Assembly: GCA_017444195.1 (NCBI GenBank)
Contig: JAFSXE010000107.1
Span: 1-52,856, forward strand
Length of the DNA: 52,856 bases
Source: Oscillospiraceae bacterium
GTDB lineage: Bacteria; Bacillota; Clostridia; Oscillospirales; Oscillospiraceae
Direction of reading: 5' to 3'
This document shows, piece after piece, positions 19,046 through 27,188 of this stretch. Made by a program: the position numbers and the translations under genes. The notes beneath the pieces are model-generated. The model made no database searches. It was not told the DNA's origin and saw only the letters and a program-made list of their open reading frames with translations. Each line of letters starts with the position of its first letter. Position 1 is the stretch's first letter.

Positions 19046-19420
19046 TCAATTTTTGAATTGCGTATAGTTTCGTTGATTGGGCTTTGATGATAAAAGGGAG
19101 AGAATCTGCTTTTTTCTGCGTCTTGCATAGTCCAGCATTTGCGCTGCGCCGCCCCAATCATGTTCTACGCATGCAACTACAATGTCCGCAAGATCGACCA
19201 TATACTCGTTTCGCTTTAAAATGGCAAACCGCCGCGGGACGCTTTCCAATGGCGGATATAGTGTATAATCATAGAGTTTCACATCATATCTTCGGTCAAG
19301 ATACGGCACGACCAACACCGCTTCAATATCCGAATAGCGTTGCTTCATTTTATGAACACTTTTCGCCGCCAAGATATCAAACCGCCCATAACCACCCAGT
19401 AAAAAAGCGGTTTGCTCCAT
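19046..19420 (-). CDS. SLOG-fold DUF1273 (YoqJ-like) protein, N-terminally short
   Basis: FLLGGYGRFDILAA glycine loop, RNEYMVDLADIVVA and WGGAAQMLDYARRRKKQI resemble DUF1273/SLOG. The usual N-terminal extension is absent. Confidence 0.55.
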   Translation of the reverse strand: MEQTAFLLGGYGRFDILAAKSVHKMKQRYSDIEAVLVVPYLDRRYDVKLYDYTLYPPLESVPRRFAILKRNEYMVDLADIVVACVEHDWGGAAQMLDYARRRKKQILSLLSSKPNQRNYTQFKN

Positions 19421-19485
19421 TTTGAATTAGAGTTTCAATTCTGGCGGTGAAGCGTATGGAACAAAAGATACAGCGTGATCGAAAC

Positions 19486-19863
19486 ATGGGCAGCAATTTG
19501 CGTAGACTGCGAAAAGAAGCCCATCTTTCCCAAGAGAAGATTTGCGCGGAACTGCAACGCCGTGGATGCGATATCGGGCGCACGACGTATGAAAAATATG
19601 AATCCGATGAACTGAATATACGTGCGAGCGTACTGATCGCCCTGCGAAAGATTTATAACTGTACCTATGATGACTTTTTCCAGGGTTTGGATCAGATACA
19701 CAGCATAAAAGAACGGAGCAATCCAAAAGGATTGCTCCGTTCTTTTATGCTGTGTATGAATCACTATGTGTTTGCTTTTGCCGTGTTGATCGACGCAATC
19801 AGCAGTTTTTTAATCTCAAGGCAGTCTGAAAGAAGCGATTTTCCCTCTGCTTCCGTAAGGTAG
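19486..19863 (+). CDS. XRE-family helix-turn-helix regulator. Alternative starts are 19447 (GTG) and 19456 (ATG).
   Basis: LRRLRKEAHLSQEKICAEL...TTYEKYESD is an HTH_XRE pattern. The ORF runs through a 29-bp hairpin and overlaps the convergent gene by 100 nt. Confidence 0.6.
   Translation: MGSNLRRLRKEAHLSQEKICAELQRRGCDIGRTTYEKYESDELNIRASVLIALRKIYNCTYDDFFQGLDQIHSIKERSNPKGLLRSFMLCMNHYVFAFAVLIDAISSFLISRQSERSDFPSASVR
19696..19757. other. 29-bp perfect-stem hairpin with a 4-nt loop, between or overlapping convergent genes
   Basis: atacacagcataaaagaacggagcaatcc aaaa ggattgctccgttcttttatgctgtgtat. Confidence 0.8.
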
Positions 19864-20120
19864 TCCGACATCTGCAACAAACGCAGCCAGTATTCCGTTT
19901 CGGCTGTCTCTTTTAACGATATTTGCAACTTGGCGAGAAAATCCGCCTTGCTGCTCCCATAGATTGCTTCATTCGCATTGGCACCAATGGATGTCGCGCT
20001 GCGGATGATTTGTTTGGATATGATCGTCTCATGTTTTTCTTTTGTGAGATAGCGATGCAATTTAATAATCCTTGCGGCAAAACGGAGCGATTTCTCTAGT
20101 AGTATGCTATCCTGTGCCAT
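19764..20120 (-). CDS. Four-helix-bundle protein (23S rRNA intervening-sequence protein / Avd-like family)
   Basis: IRSATSIGANANEA...KADFLAKLQISLKETAETEYWLRLL is the family signature. GGAGAAGG SD upstream. Confidence 0.8.
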   Translation of the reverse strand: MAQDSILLEKSLRFAARIIKLHRYLTKEKHETIISKQIIRSATSIGANANEAIYGSSKADFLAKLQISLKETAETEYWLRLLQMSDYLTEAEGKSLLSDCLEIKKLLIASINTAKANT

Positions 20121-20264
20121 ATCCTTCTCCTCTCATCAGATAATAGATAAGAGATAACAGAGAATAGTGAATAGTACAAAAGCGCCGATGCGGTGCGTTT
20201 CGTATCTATTCTCTATTATCTATTCTCCATTATCTCTTATCTTAGCCGCGTTAGCGGCGCTTTT

Positions 20265-20351
20265 TGGTGCCGGTGGCCGGACTCGAACCGGCACGCCATC
20301 GCTGGCGGTGGATTTTGAGTCCACTACGTCTACCAATTCCATCACACCGGC
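20265..20351 (-). tRNA. tRNA-Leu (anticodon CAA), class II with a long variable arm and encoded CCA
   Basis: Hand-folded. Acceptor GCCGGTG/CACCGGC. Anticodon stem GTGGA/TCCAC with loop CTCAAAA. T arm GCCGG TTCGAGT CCGGC. Confidence 0.9.
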
Positions 20352-20356
20352 ATAAT

Positions 20357-20654
20357 TCCGATCCGCGGCAAGACTGCACACCCGTATTCGAATGAGACAA
20401 CAGCCCGTTACCGAAGCGCTCGGCTCGGAGACGGCTTGCTCACGGCACACGAAAAGGGTCGCTTAATGCTGCTCGGTTCCCCGCCTGACATGGTTCGCGG
20501 TTTCTCGTTGCGTAAGACCGGCTCCTCAACGCTTCGCACTTCGGGCAGACGACCACGGTCGCACCCTCCTGCGGGAATTCATCCCTGCTAAGCGGATTGC
20601 AGGTCACAAGGCACCGCTGGCTCCCCGACTAGTGCAGCCTTGCCGCGGATCGGA
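20357..20654 (-). ncRNA. ffs: Signal recognition particle RNA, long Bacillus type with Alu domain
   Basis: The minus strand reads GGGGAGCCAGCGGUGCCUUGUGACCUGCAAUCCGCUUAGCAGGG and GAACCAUGUCAGGCGGGGAACCGAGCAGCAUUAAG, closely matching remembered B. subtilis scRNA blocks. The terminal helix is ccgatccgcggcaag / cttgccgcggatcgg. Ends are approximate. Confidence 0.85.
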
Positions 20655-20663
20655 ACAAAAAAC

Positions 20664-20882
20664 TCAATCGAGTTTCTTTTCTACAAACTGAACCAACTCG
20701 CCGACAGTCGTGATCTTCTCATCCAGCTCCAGTTCCACGCCGAGATCGGCTTCCAGATCCATGACCATTTCCATCGTATCGAGCGAATCAACGCCGAGCG
20801 ATTCAAACGTCGTATCGCGCGTGATCTCCTCCTGCGGAATATCAAGCTGCTCCGCTAAATAGGCAGTGATTCTTTCAAACAT
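20664..20882 (-). CDS. acpP: Acyl carrier protein
   Basis: 72 aa, LGVDSLDTMEMVMDLE phosphopantetheine-serine motif, GGAGGG SD. Confidence 0.9.
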   Translation of the reverse strand: MFERITAYLAEQLDIPQEEITRDTTFESLGVDSLDTMEMVMDLEADLGVELELDEKITTVGELVQFVEKKLD

Positions 20883-20968
20883 ACGTTTCCCTCCAAAACG
20901 GCTCCGCCGTTGTACTGTGCTTTTTTATGATACGGATTTTTCGCCCGTTGTCAAGTCCTATTTTGTAA

Positions 20969-22117
20969 TTAGTTGTTGAAGCCCTCCAACTTTTTGCGGC
21001 GGCTCGGATGACGGAGTTTCCGCAGCGCCTTTGCTTCGATCTGACGGATACGCTCGCGCGTGACGCCGAGCGCATCGCCGACCTCTTCGAGCGTATGCAC
21101 CCTGCCGTCCTCCAGACCGAAGCGCAGCCGAAGCACGCGGCTTTCGCGCTCCGTCAGCGTTTCCATGACCTCTTCGAGCTGCTCATGGAGCATCGTCTGC
21201 GTGGTGCGCGCAACGGGGCTGGCGTCTTCGCCGCTGGGGACGAAATCGCCCAGATGGCTATCGTCTTCCTCGCCGATCGGCGTTTCCAGCGAAACCGGCT
21301 CCTGTGCGATTTTGATCAGTTCTTCGACCTTGGAATGGGTCAGTCCCAGTCGCTGTGCGATTTCCTCCGACGTGGGATCGCGCCCCAGCTCCTGCGCCAT
21401 CTCGTGCGAGGTGCGCGTAATGCGGTTCATCGTTTCAACCATATGCACAGGGATGCGGATCGTGCGTCCCTGATCGGCGATAGCGCGGGTGATCGACTGA
21501 CGGATCCACCACGTGGCATAGGTGGAGAACTTATAGCCCTTTTCGTAATCAAACTTCTCAACGGCTTTGAGCAAGCCGAGGTTGCCCTCCTGCACGAGAT
21601 CGAGCAGGAACATGCCGCGCCCGACGTACCGCTTGGCAATCGACACGACAAGACGCAGGTTCGCTTCGATCATCTTGCGCTTGGCGTCCTCATCGCCGGC
21701 GGCAATCTGCTTGGCAATTTCAAGTTCCTCATCGCCGCTGAGCAGACCGACCTTGCCGATCTCTTTCAAATACATCCGAACGGGGTCGTCCGTAGAAAGC
21801 CCGTCGGAGAGGGTATCTTCATCCTCTGCAGCGCTTTCCTCCGTGGCCTCGATCTCGGCAAGATCGCCCGCCGTCGGATCGTCGTCCGCCTGCGATTCTT
21901 CTGCAGGGAGCATATCGGCAACGTCAATTTCGATGCCGGCACGCTCCAAAATATCGTAGAATTGTTCGGTGATCTCCTCGGTCGCGTCCGCCTCGTCCAG
22001 CGTGTCAATCAGTTTCTTTGATAAAACCTTTTTGGTCTTGGCGCTTTCCGTCAGCAGCGCCTTGAGCAATTCCTTCCCTGCCGGTGCAAGATCGAGTTTT
22101 TCAATTTCGTTTACCAT
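20969..22117 (-). CDS. rpoD: Primary RNA polymerase sigma factor
   Basis: Regions 1.2 to 4 are present ([30 protein letters not shown]...TLEEVG). Confidence 0.95.
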   Translation of the reverse strand: MVNEIEKLDLAPAGKELLKALLTESAKTKKVLSKKLIDTLDEADATEEITEQFYDILERAGIEIDVADMLPAEESQADDDPTAGDLAEIEATEESAAEDEDTLSDGLSTDDPVRMYLKEIGKVGLLSGDEELEIAKQIAAGDEDAKRKMIEANLRLVVSIAKRYVGRGMFLLDLVQEGNLGLLKAVEKFDYEKGYKFSTYATWWIRQSITRAIADQGRTIRIPVHMVETMNRITRTSHEMAQELGRDPTSEEIAQRLGLTHSKVEELIKIAQEPVSLETPIGEEDDSHLGDFVPSGEDASPVARTTQTMLHEQLEEVMETLTERESRVLRLRFGLEDGRVHTLEEVGDALGVTRERIRQIEAKALRKLRHPSRRKKLEGFNN

Positions 22118-22132
22118 ACGCTCACCGCTTTC

Positions 22133-23869
22133 TTATATTTCTTTCCTTCGTTTCCGCGCCAATGCCGCGCGAAGCCGCGCTTCGCCGCTCTCCTCTGCGC
22201 CGGCGGATTCCTCCGCGATGATGGCGATATAATCGCGCAGCGCATTATCCGAGATCGGCTCGGCGGACTTTTGCAGCACATAGGTCACGTGCTGAATTTC
22301 CTCTTTACTGAATTCGTCGCCGAGGTTGGCGATACCCACCGCAAGATCGTTTTCCTGCTGCGTCCGCAGCGCGGCATACAGTTTGCCGAGCAGCGGCGAG
22401 GAAAACTGCTCCGGCGTGAGACTGATTTCCCGAAGCAGCGCCGGCTCACGGCAGACGGCGCGCAAAAGCGCCTCCTCCGCCATTGCCGAACGGACGTTGT
22501 CATAGCGGATGCCGCGAACGACCGGCTGGCGGCTCTGCGCCGCCGCAAGATCCTGCGCATTCTGTTTTTTCTTTCGCGCCGCCTCTTTTCGGCGATAGGC
22601 GTAATCCACCTCGGTCTTCATTGCAGCGGCAGTCACGCCGGCGATCTCCGCCGCACGCGTGCCGTAGACTTCGCGCTCCACCGCGGAAGGCAGTCCCGCA
22701 ATATACGACGCCGCCTCGCGCAAAAACGCAACGCGCTGCTCGTCGTCCTTGACGTTGTATTTCACTTGAAGCGACTGCAGACGGTACTGCGCCGGATTTT
22801 CCGACTTTTGCAGAAGCGCACGGAAAGCGTCCGCGCCGTAAGTACGCAAGAATTCATCCGGGTCTTTCGCGCCCTCCATCCGCAGGATCTTCACGCTCAA
22901 GCCCGCCTTTTCCAGCATCGGCGCGGCGCGCGAGGTCGCGTTCTGTCCGGCGGCGTCGCCGTCGTAGATCAGTACGACCTTCTGCGTATACTTGGCAAGC
23001 AGCGTTGCATGCTCCTCGGTCAGTGCCGTACCGAGCGAGGCAACGGCGCTGTCAAAACCGTATTGATGCAGCGCAATCGCATCCATATAGCCCTCGGTAA
23101 GAATGATCGCATCCGACTTGCTCTTTTTGGCGATATTCAGTCCGAACAGGTTGCGCCGCTTGTTGAAGATCACCGTTTCCGGCGAATTGAGGTATTTCGG
23201 CGTGCTGTTGTCCATCACCCTGCCGCCGAAGCCGATCACGTTGTCGCGCACGTCGAAGATCGGAAACATCACGCGGTTGCGGAAACGGTCGTAGATCGTG
23301 CCCTTGCTTTGATTGCGCGACGCAAGACCTGCCGCCAAAATCTCTTCTTTCGTATAACCCTTTGCCGTCAGCGTGTCGATCAGCCCCGACCAGCCGTCCG
23401 GCGCAAAGCCGAGTCCAAACCGCGTCACCGTGGAAGCGGAGAGCGCACGCTTTAAGAAATAAGCGCGCGCAGGTTCGCCGGCATCGCCCTTCATCTGCGC
23501 ATGAAAATACCGCGCGGCGTCCTTGCAGAGCAGCCACAGCCGTTCCTTTTGGCGATACGTGGACTCATACTGCCGATCGTCCGGCACCTCCATGCCGGCG
23601 CGTTTGGCAAGAAACCGCACCGCATCGGGATAATCGAGGTTTTCGATATCCATAATAAACTGGATCGCGCCGCCGCCTTTATGGCAGCCGAAGCAATAGT
23701 AGATGCCTTTTTCCGGCGAAACGGAAAACGACGCGGTCTTTTCGGAATGGAACGGGCAGAGTCCGAATAGATTTCCGCCCTTGCGCGTAAGCGCGACGTA
23801 CTGCCCGACGACGTCGTCAATCGGGTTGCGTGCGGCAAGCTCGTCCAAAAACGCTGCCGGAAATGCCAT
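22133..23869 (-). CDS. dnaG: DNA primase
   Basis: CPFHSEKTASFSV...CFGCHKGG zinc finger and a TOPRIM region (ILTEGYMDAIAL). Confidence 0.95.
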   Translation of the reverse strand: MAFPAAFLDELAARNPIDDVVGQYVALTRKGGNLFGLCPFHSEKTASFSVSPEKGIYYCFGCHKGGGAIQFIMDIENLDYPDAVRFLAKRAGMEVPDDRQYESTYRQKERLWLLCKDAARYFHAQMKGDAGEPARAYFLKRALSASTVTRFGLGFAPDGWSGLIDTLTAKGYTKEEILAAGLASRNQSKGTIYDRFRNRVMFPIFDVRDNVIGFGGRVMDNSTPKYLNSPETVIFNKRRNLFGLNIAKKSKSDAIILTEGYMDAIALHQYGFDSAVASLGTALTEEHATLLAKYTQKVVLIYDGDAAGQNATSRAAPMLEKAGLSVKILRMEGAKDPDEFLRTYGADAFRALLQKSENPAQYRLQSLQVKYNVKDDEQRVAFLREAASYIAGLPSAVEREVYGTRAAEIAGVTAAAMKTEVDYAYRRKEAARKKKQNAQDLAAAQSRQPVVRGIRYDNVRSAMAEEALLRAVCREPALLREISLTPEQFSSPLLGKLYAALRTQQENDLAVGIANLGDEFSKEEIQHVTYVLQKSAEPISDNALRDYIAIIAEESAGAEESGEARLRAALARKRRKEI

Positions 23870-23904
23870 ACGGTCTGCCCCCTCTCCTTGTTTTTATCGA
23901 TGTT

Positions 23905-24909
23905 TTATCGGAGCTGCCACCCCATCGGGACGAAAATCTCCGAGAACTGATCGACGGCAAATCGGTCGGACATACCTGCGATATAATCACAGACCACGCG
24001 TTCGATGCCGTCAAAATCCAATTGCGGACGATAATCCTTCGGCAGCCGATCGGGGTTGCCGGAATAGTATTCGTAAAGTCGTTTGAGAATATCCCTCGCC
24101 TTGGCTTCTTCGCCCTTGGCAACGGGATTGCGGTAGACGCGCTCGAACATAAACTGCCGCAGCGCATCCATTGCCTCGGCAACGTCGGTATGCAGACCGA
24201 GTTTGCCGCTCTCCATCGTCTGATAGATCATATCCTCGACCAAGGTATTGATCCGCTCGCGGTGCGTTTTGCCGAGCACCAGCGCAATCTCGTGCGGAAT
24301 ATCCTCCTCGCAGAGGATGCCGGCGCGCATGGCGTCGTCAATATCGTGATTGAGATAGGCGATGCGGTCGGCTGTGCGGATGATCCGCCCTTCGACCGTT
24401 TCCGGGTCGCGGTCGCCGGTATGCCCGACGATGCCCATTCGCACCTCGTAAGTCAAGTTCAGCCCCTCGCCGTCCTTTTCCAACACATCCACCACGCGAA
24501 GCGACTGCTCGTTGTGGTGGAACGGCTTGCCGGTGATCTCGGTCAGCGCGACCTCGCCGGCGTGGCCGAACGGCGTATGCCCCAAATCGTGTCCGAAGGC
24601 GATCGCCTCCGTCAAATCCTCATTATAACGCAGCGCGCGGGCAATCGTCCTGCCGATCCGCGCAACTTCCAGCGTATGCGTCATGCGCGTGCGGTAGTGG
24701 TCGCCCTCCGGCTGCAAAAAAACCTGCGTCTTGTGCATCAGCCGCCGAAACGACTTGCTGTGCAGGATGCGGTCAGAATCGCGCTGAAAGCAGGTGCGAA
24801 CTTCGTTTTCCACTTCTTCACGCGCACGGCCGCGCGACAGCGCCGCCTTTGCCGCATCTTCGGCAAGGCGCGTCATCTCCTCGGCTTCCATCCGTTCGCG
24901 AATCGTCAT
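23905..24909 (-). CDS. dGTP triphosphohydrolase-like HD-domain protein
   Basis: RTRMTHTLEVARIG and FGHDLGHTPFGHAGE motifs. Positioned upstream of dnaG-rpoD. Confidence 0.85.
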   Translation of the reverse strand: MTIRERMEAEEMTRLAEDAAKAALSRGRAREEVENEVRTCFQRDSDRILHSKSFRRLMHKTQVFLQPEGDHYRTRMTHTLEVARIGRTIARALRYNEDLTEAIAFGHDLGHTPFGHAGEVALTEITGKPFHHNEQSLRVVDVLEKDGEGLNLTYEVRMGIVGHTGDRDPETVEGRIIRTADRIAYLNHDIDDAMRAGILCEEDIPHEIALVLGKTHRERINTLVEDMIYQTMESGKLGLHTDVAEAMDALRQFMFERVYRNPVAKGEEAKARDILKRLYEYYSGNPDRLPKDYRPQLDFDGIERVVCDYIAGMSDRFAVDQFSEIFVPMGWQLR

Positions 24910-24912
24910 ACG

Positions 24913-25548
24913 TTACGCCTCCTTAGGTAAGGGGATCGCGCGATATTCTTCTCCCAGCACCGAAGCTGTCAGCTTGCCGCCGGAAAGTTCGGTCAATTCT
25001 GCAAAAAAACGCGGTGTGTCACTTTTGGGAAACGCCGCCGTCAGCGCGACGTCTGCACCATATTGCGCATCGAAAATCTGTCCGCCTGTTTGCGTGACCG
25101 TTTGCTTGACGCGCTCCAACAGCGGATACGGGCACGGGACCAACACAGTCTGCCACAGCCGCATCTGTGAAATGCCGGACGCTTCCACGGCAAGATGCGC
25201 CGATTTTGTATAGGCGCGCACCAAGCCGCCTGCGCCGAGCAAAATGCCGCCGAAATAGCGCGTTACGACGCAAAGCACGTTTTCCAGTCCCTCGCGGCGC
25301 AGCACTTCCAAAACCGGCATACCCGCCGTTCCCTGCGGCTCGGCATCGTCGGAATAGCGCATTGCGCCGCCGTGGAGAATGTAGGCGTAGACGTTATGCG
25401 TCGCATCCCAATACTGCTTGCGCATTGCTTCCAACTGCGCAAGCGCCGCCGCTTCCGTTGGCACGGGAAACAGATGCCCAATAAAACGCGAACGCTTCTC
25501 GGTAAACTCGGCGTGCGCCTCCTGCGTCGGGACCAAATACTCGTCCAT
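24913..25548 (-). CDS. yigZ: YigZ/IMPACT-family protein
   Basis: KRSRFIGHLFPV...HNVYAYIL...DDAEPQGTAG pattern. Start at MDEYLV avoids overlap with hflX. Confidence 0.8.
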   Translation of the reverse strand: MDEYLVPTQEAHAEFTEKRSRFIGHLFPVPTEAAALAQLEAMRKQYWDATHNVYAYILHGGAMRYSDDAEPQGTAGMPVLEVLRREGLENVLCVVTRYFGGILLGAGGLVRAYTKSAHLAVEASGISQMRLWQTVLVPCPYPLLERVKQTVTQTGGQIFDAQYGADVALTAAFPKSDTPRFFAELTELSGGKLTASVLGEEYRAIPLPKEA

Positions 25549-25559
25549 AGTCCTCTCCG

Positions 25560-26816
25560 TTACTGCAAATATGCCCGTAATCTGCCGCACGTTTCCTCAT
25601 CGCAGATCGCTTCCACGCGGATGCCGTTTTGCTCATAGTCGCACGAAAGCACCTGCGCCGTATCGTGCAGCGTCTGCACGATGCCGCCCTTCTCATACGG
25701 CAAAAGCAGCGTCACGCGGCGCTTGCCGCGTGACGCGGCGTTTTGCACCGCCGCGGCAAGCTGCTCCATCCCTTCGCCGGTTTTGGCGGAGAGAAACACC
25801 GCATCGGGGTCGTGCGGAAGATCCGCTTTGCTCATGCGGTCGCATTGATTATAGCACAAGATCACCGGCGTGTCTTCCTCCGCCAGTTCTCCGATCAGTT
25901 TCTGCACCACGCGCAGATGCTCTTCGCGGTCGGGATCGGCAACGTCAACGACGTGTACCAGCGCGTCGGCATAGCGCAGTTCTTCGAGCGTCGCCTTAAA
26001 CGCCTCGATCAGATGGTGCGGCAGTTTGGCGATAAAACCGACAGTATCCGAAAGCAGCACCGTCAGCGTATCGGTTACTTCCCATTGACGCGTTGTGGTG
26101 TCCAGCGTGTCAAACAGGCGGTTGTTGGCAGGGATGCCGGCATCGGTCAAAGCGTTCAGCAGCGTGGATTTTCCGGCATTCGTATAGCCGACGAGCGCAA
26201 CGACGGGGATATTGTTCTTCTGCCGGCGGCTGCGCTGCACCGCACGGACGCGGCGCACCTCTTCCAATTCTTCTTCCAGCCGCTGGATCCGCGCACGGAT
26301 ATGGCGGCGGTCGGTTTCCAGTTTCGTTTCGCCGGGGCCGCGCGTGCCGATGCCGCCGCCGAGACGGGACATACTCGTTCCCATACCCGAAAGTTTCGGC
26401 AGAAGATAGCGATACTGCGCCAGCTCCACCTGAAGGCGTCCTTCGCGCGTCTTGGCGCGCTGCGCAAAAATATCCAAAATAAGCGCACTGCGGTCAAGCA
26501 CCGTCACGCCGGTCAGTTCTTCAAGCGCACGGATCTGTGAAGGACCGAGCTCATTATCCACAATCAAAAGCGACGCCTGCTGCGATTCGAGCAGATCGCG
26601 GATCTCCTGCACCTTGCCGTCGCCGAAAAAGCTGTGCGGATCGGGCTTCGGACGGTTTTGCAGCACTTTGCCGACACATTCGCCGCCTGCCGTTTCCAAC
26701 AGCGCTTCCAACTCGTCGAGCGTTGCATCCGTTGCGGTTTCCGCTTCGGTAAACAGATCGCAGTTCAATCCTGCCAGCACGGCGCGTTCGCTTGTTACCT
26801 TTTCCTGAAACTCCAT
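25560..26816 (-). CDS. hflX: GTPase HflX
   Basis: GGGIGTRGPGETKLE, GYTNAGKST (G1), DTVGF (G3). GGAGG SD before the ATG at 26816. Confidence 0.9.
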   Translation of the reverse strand: MEFQEKVTSERAVLAGLNCDLFTEAETATDATLDELEALLETAGGECVGKVLQNRPKPDPHSFFGDGKVQEIRDLLESQQASLLIVDNELGPSQIRALEELTGVTVLDRSALILDIFAQRAKTREGRLQVELAQYRYLLPKLSGMGTSMSRLGGGIGTRGPGETKLETDRRHIRARIQRLEEELEEVRRVRAVQRSRRQKNNIPVVALVGYTNAGKSTLLNALTDAGIPANNRLFDTLDTTTRQWEVTDTLTVLLSDTVGFIAKLPHHLIEAFKATLEELRYADALVHVVDVADPDREEHLRVVQKLIGELAEEDTPVILCYNQCDRMSKADLPHDPDAVFLSAKTGEGMEQLAAAVQNAASRGKRRVTLLLPYEKGGIVQTLHDTAQVLSCDYEQNGIRVEAICDEETCGRLRAYLQ

Positions 26817-26828
26817 AGCGCCTCCGAA

Positions 26829-26858
26829 TAAAAAAGTCCGCACCGATTCGGTGCGGAC
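26829..26858 (-). terminator. Intrinsic terminator after rpmE
   Basis: 9-bp stem gtccgcacc / ggtgcggac followed by a T run on the minus strand. Confidence 0.7.
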
Positions 26859-26867
26859 TCAAGCGGA

Positions 26868-27068
26868 TTACTTCAAACCGTATTTCTTGTTGAAACGGTC
26901 AACACGGCCACCGGTATCGACCAGCTTCTGCTTGCCGGTATAGAAGGGGTGACACTTGGAGCAAATCTCAACCTTGATGTCCTTCTTGGTAGAACCGGTT
27001 TCAATGACTGCGCCGCAGGCACAGCGAATCGTGGTCTGCTCGTAATCGGGATGGATGCCTTCCTTCAC
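26868..27068 (-). CDS. rpmE: 50S ribosomal protein L31 (Cys-containing, zinc type)
   Basis: (M)KEGIHPDY... with CxC and [13 protein letters not shown] start at 27068 lies 6 nt after AAGAGGTG. Confidence 0.9.
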   Translation of the reverse strand: MKEGIHPDYEQTTIRCACGAVIETGSTKKDIKVEICSKCHPFYTGKQKLVDTGGRVDRFNKKYGLK

Positions 27069-27188
27069 TTTGTTCACCTCTTTCTTCGTCTGGAAAAAGG
27101 GCATAAATACCCTTGATTTTTCACGTGCTGTGATATGGTATCATATCTTGCCGCGTTTTGCAAGTCTTTTTTTCAAAGTTTTCGAAAA

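Noticed and set aside
16151-20120. A diversity-generating retroelement, suggested by the Avd-like four-helix-bundle gene near a repeated segment
   Set aside because: No reverse transcriptase ORF exists in the window. The differences between the two 360-bp repeats are spread over all bases and are mostly synonymous, not adenine-specific.
20120-20360. Integrase or att duplication marking a classical tRNA-linked island
   Set aside because: No integrase-like ORF is present in the window. I could not find a second copy of the tRNA-Leu 3' end between 16100 and 20260.
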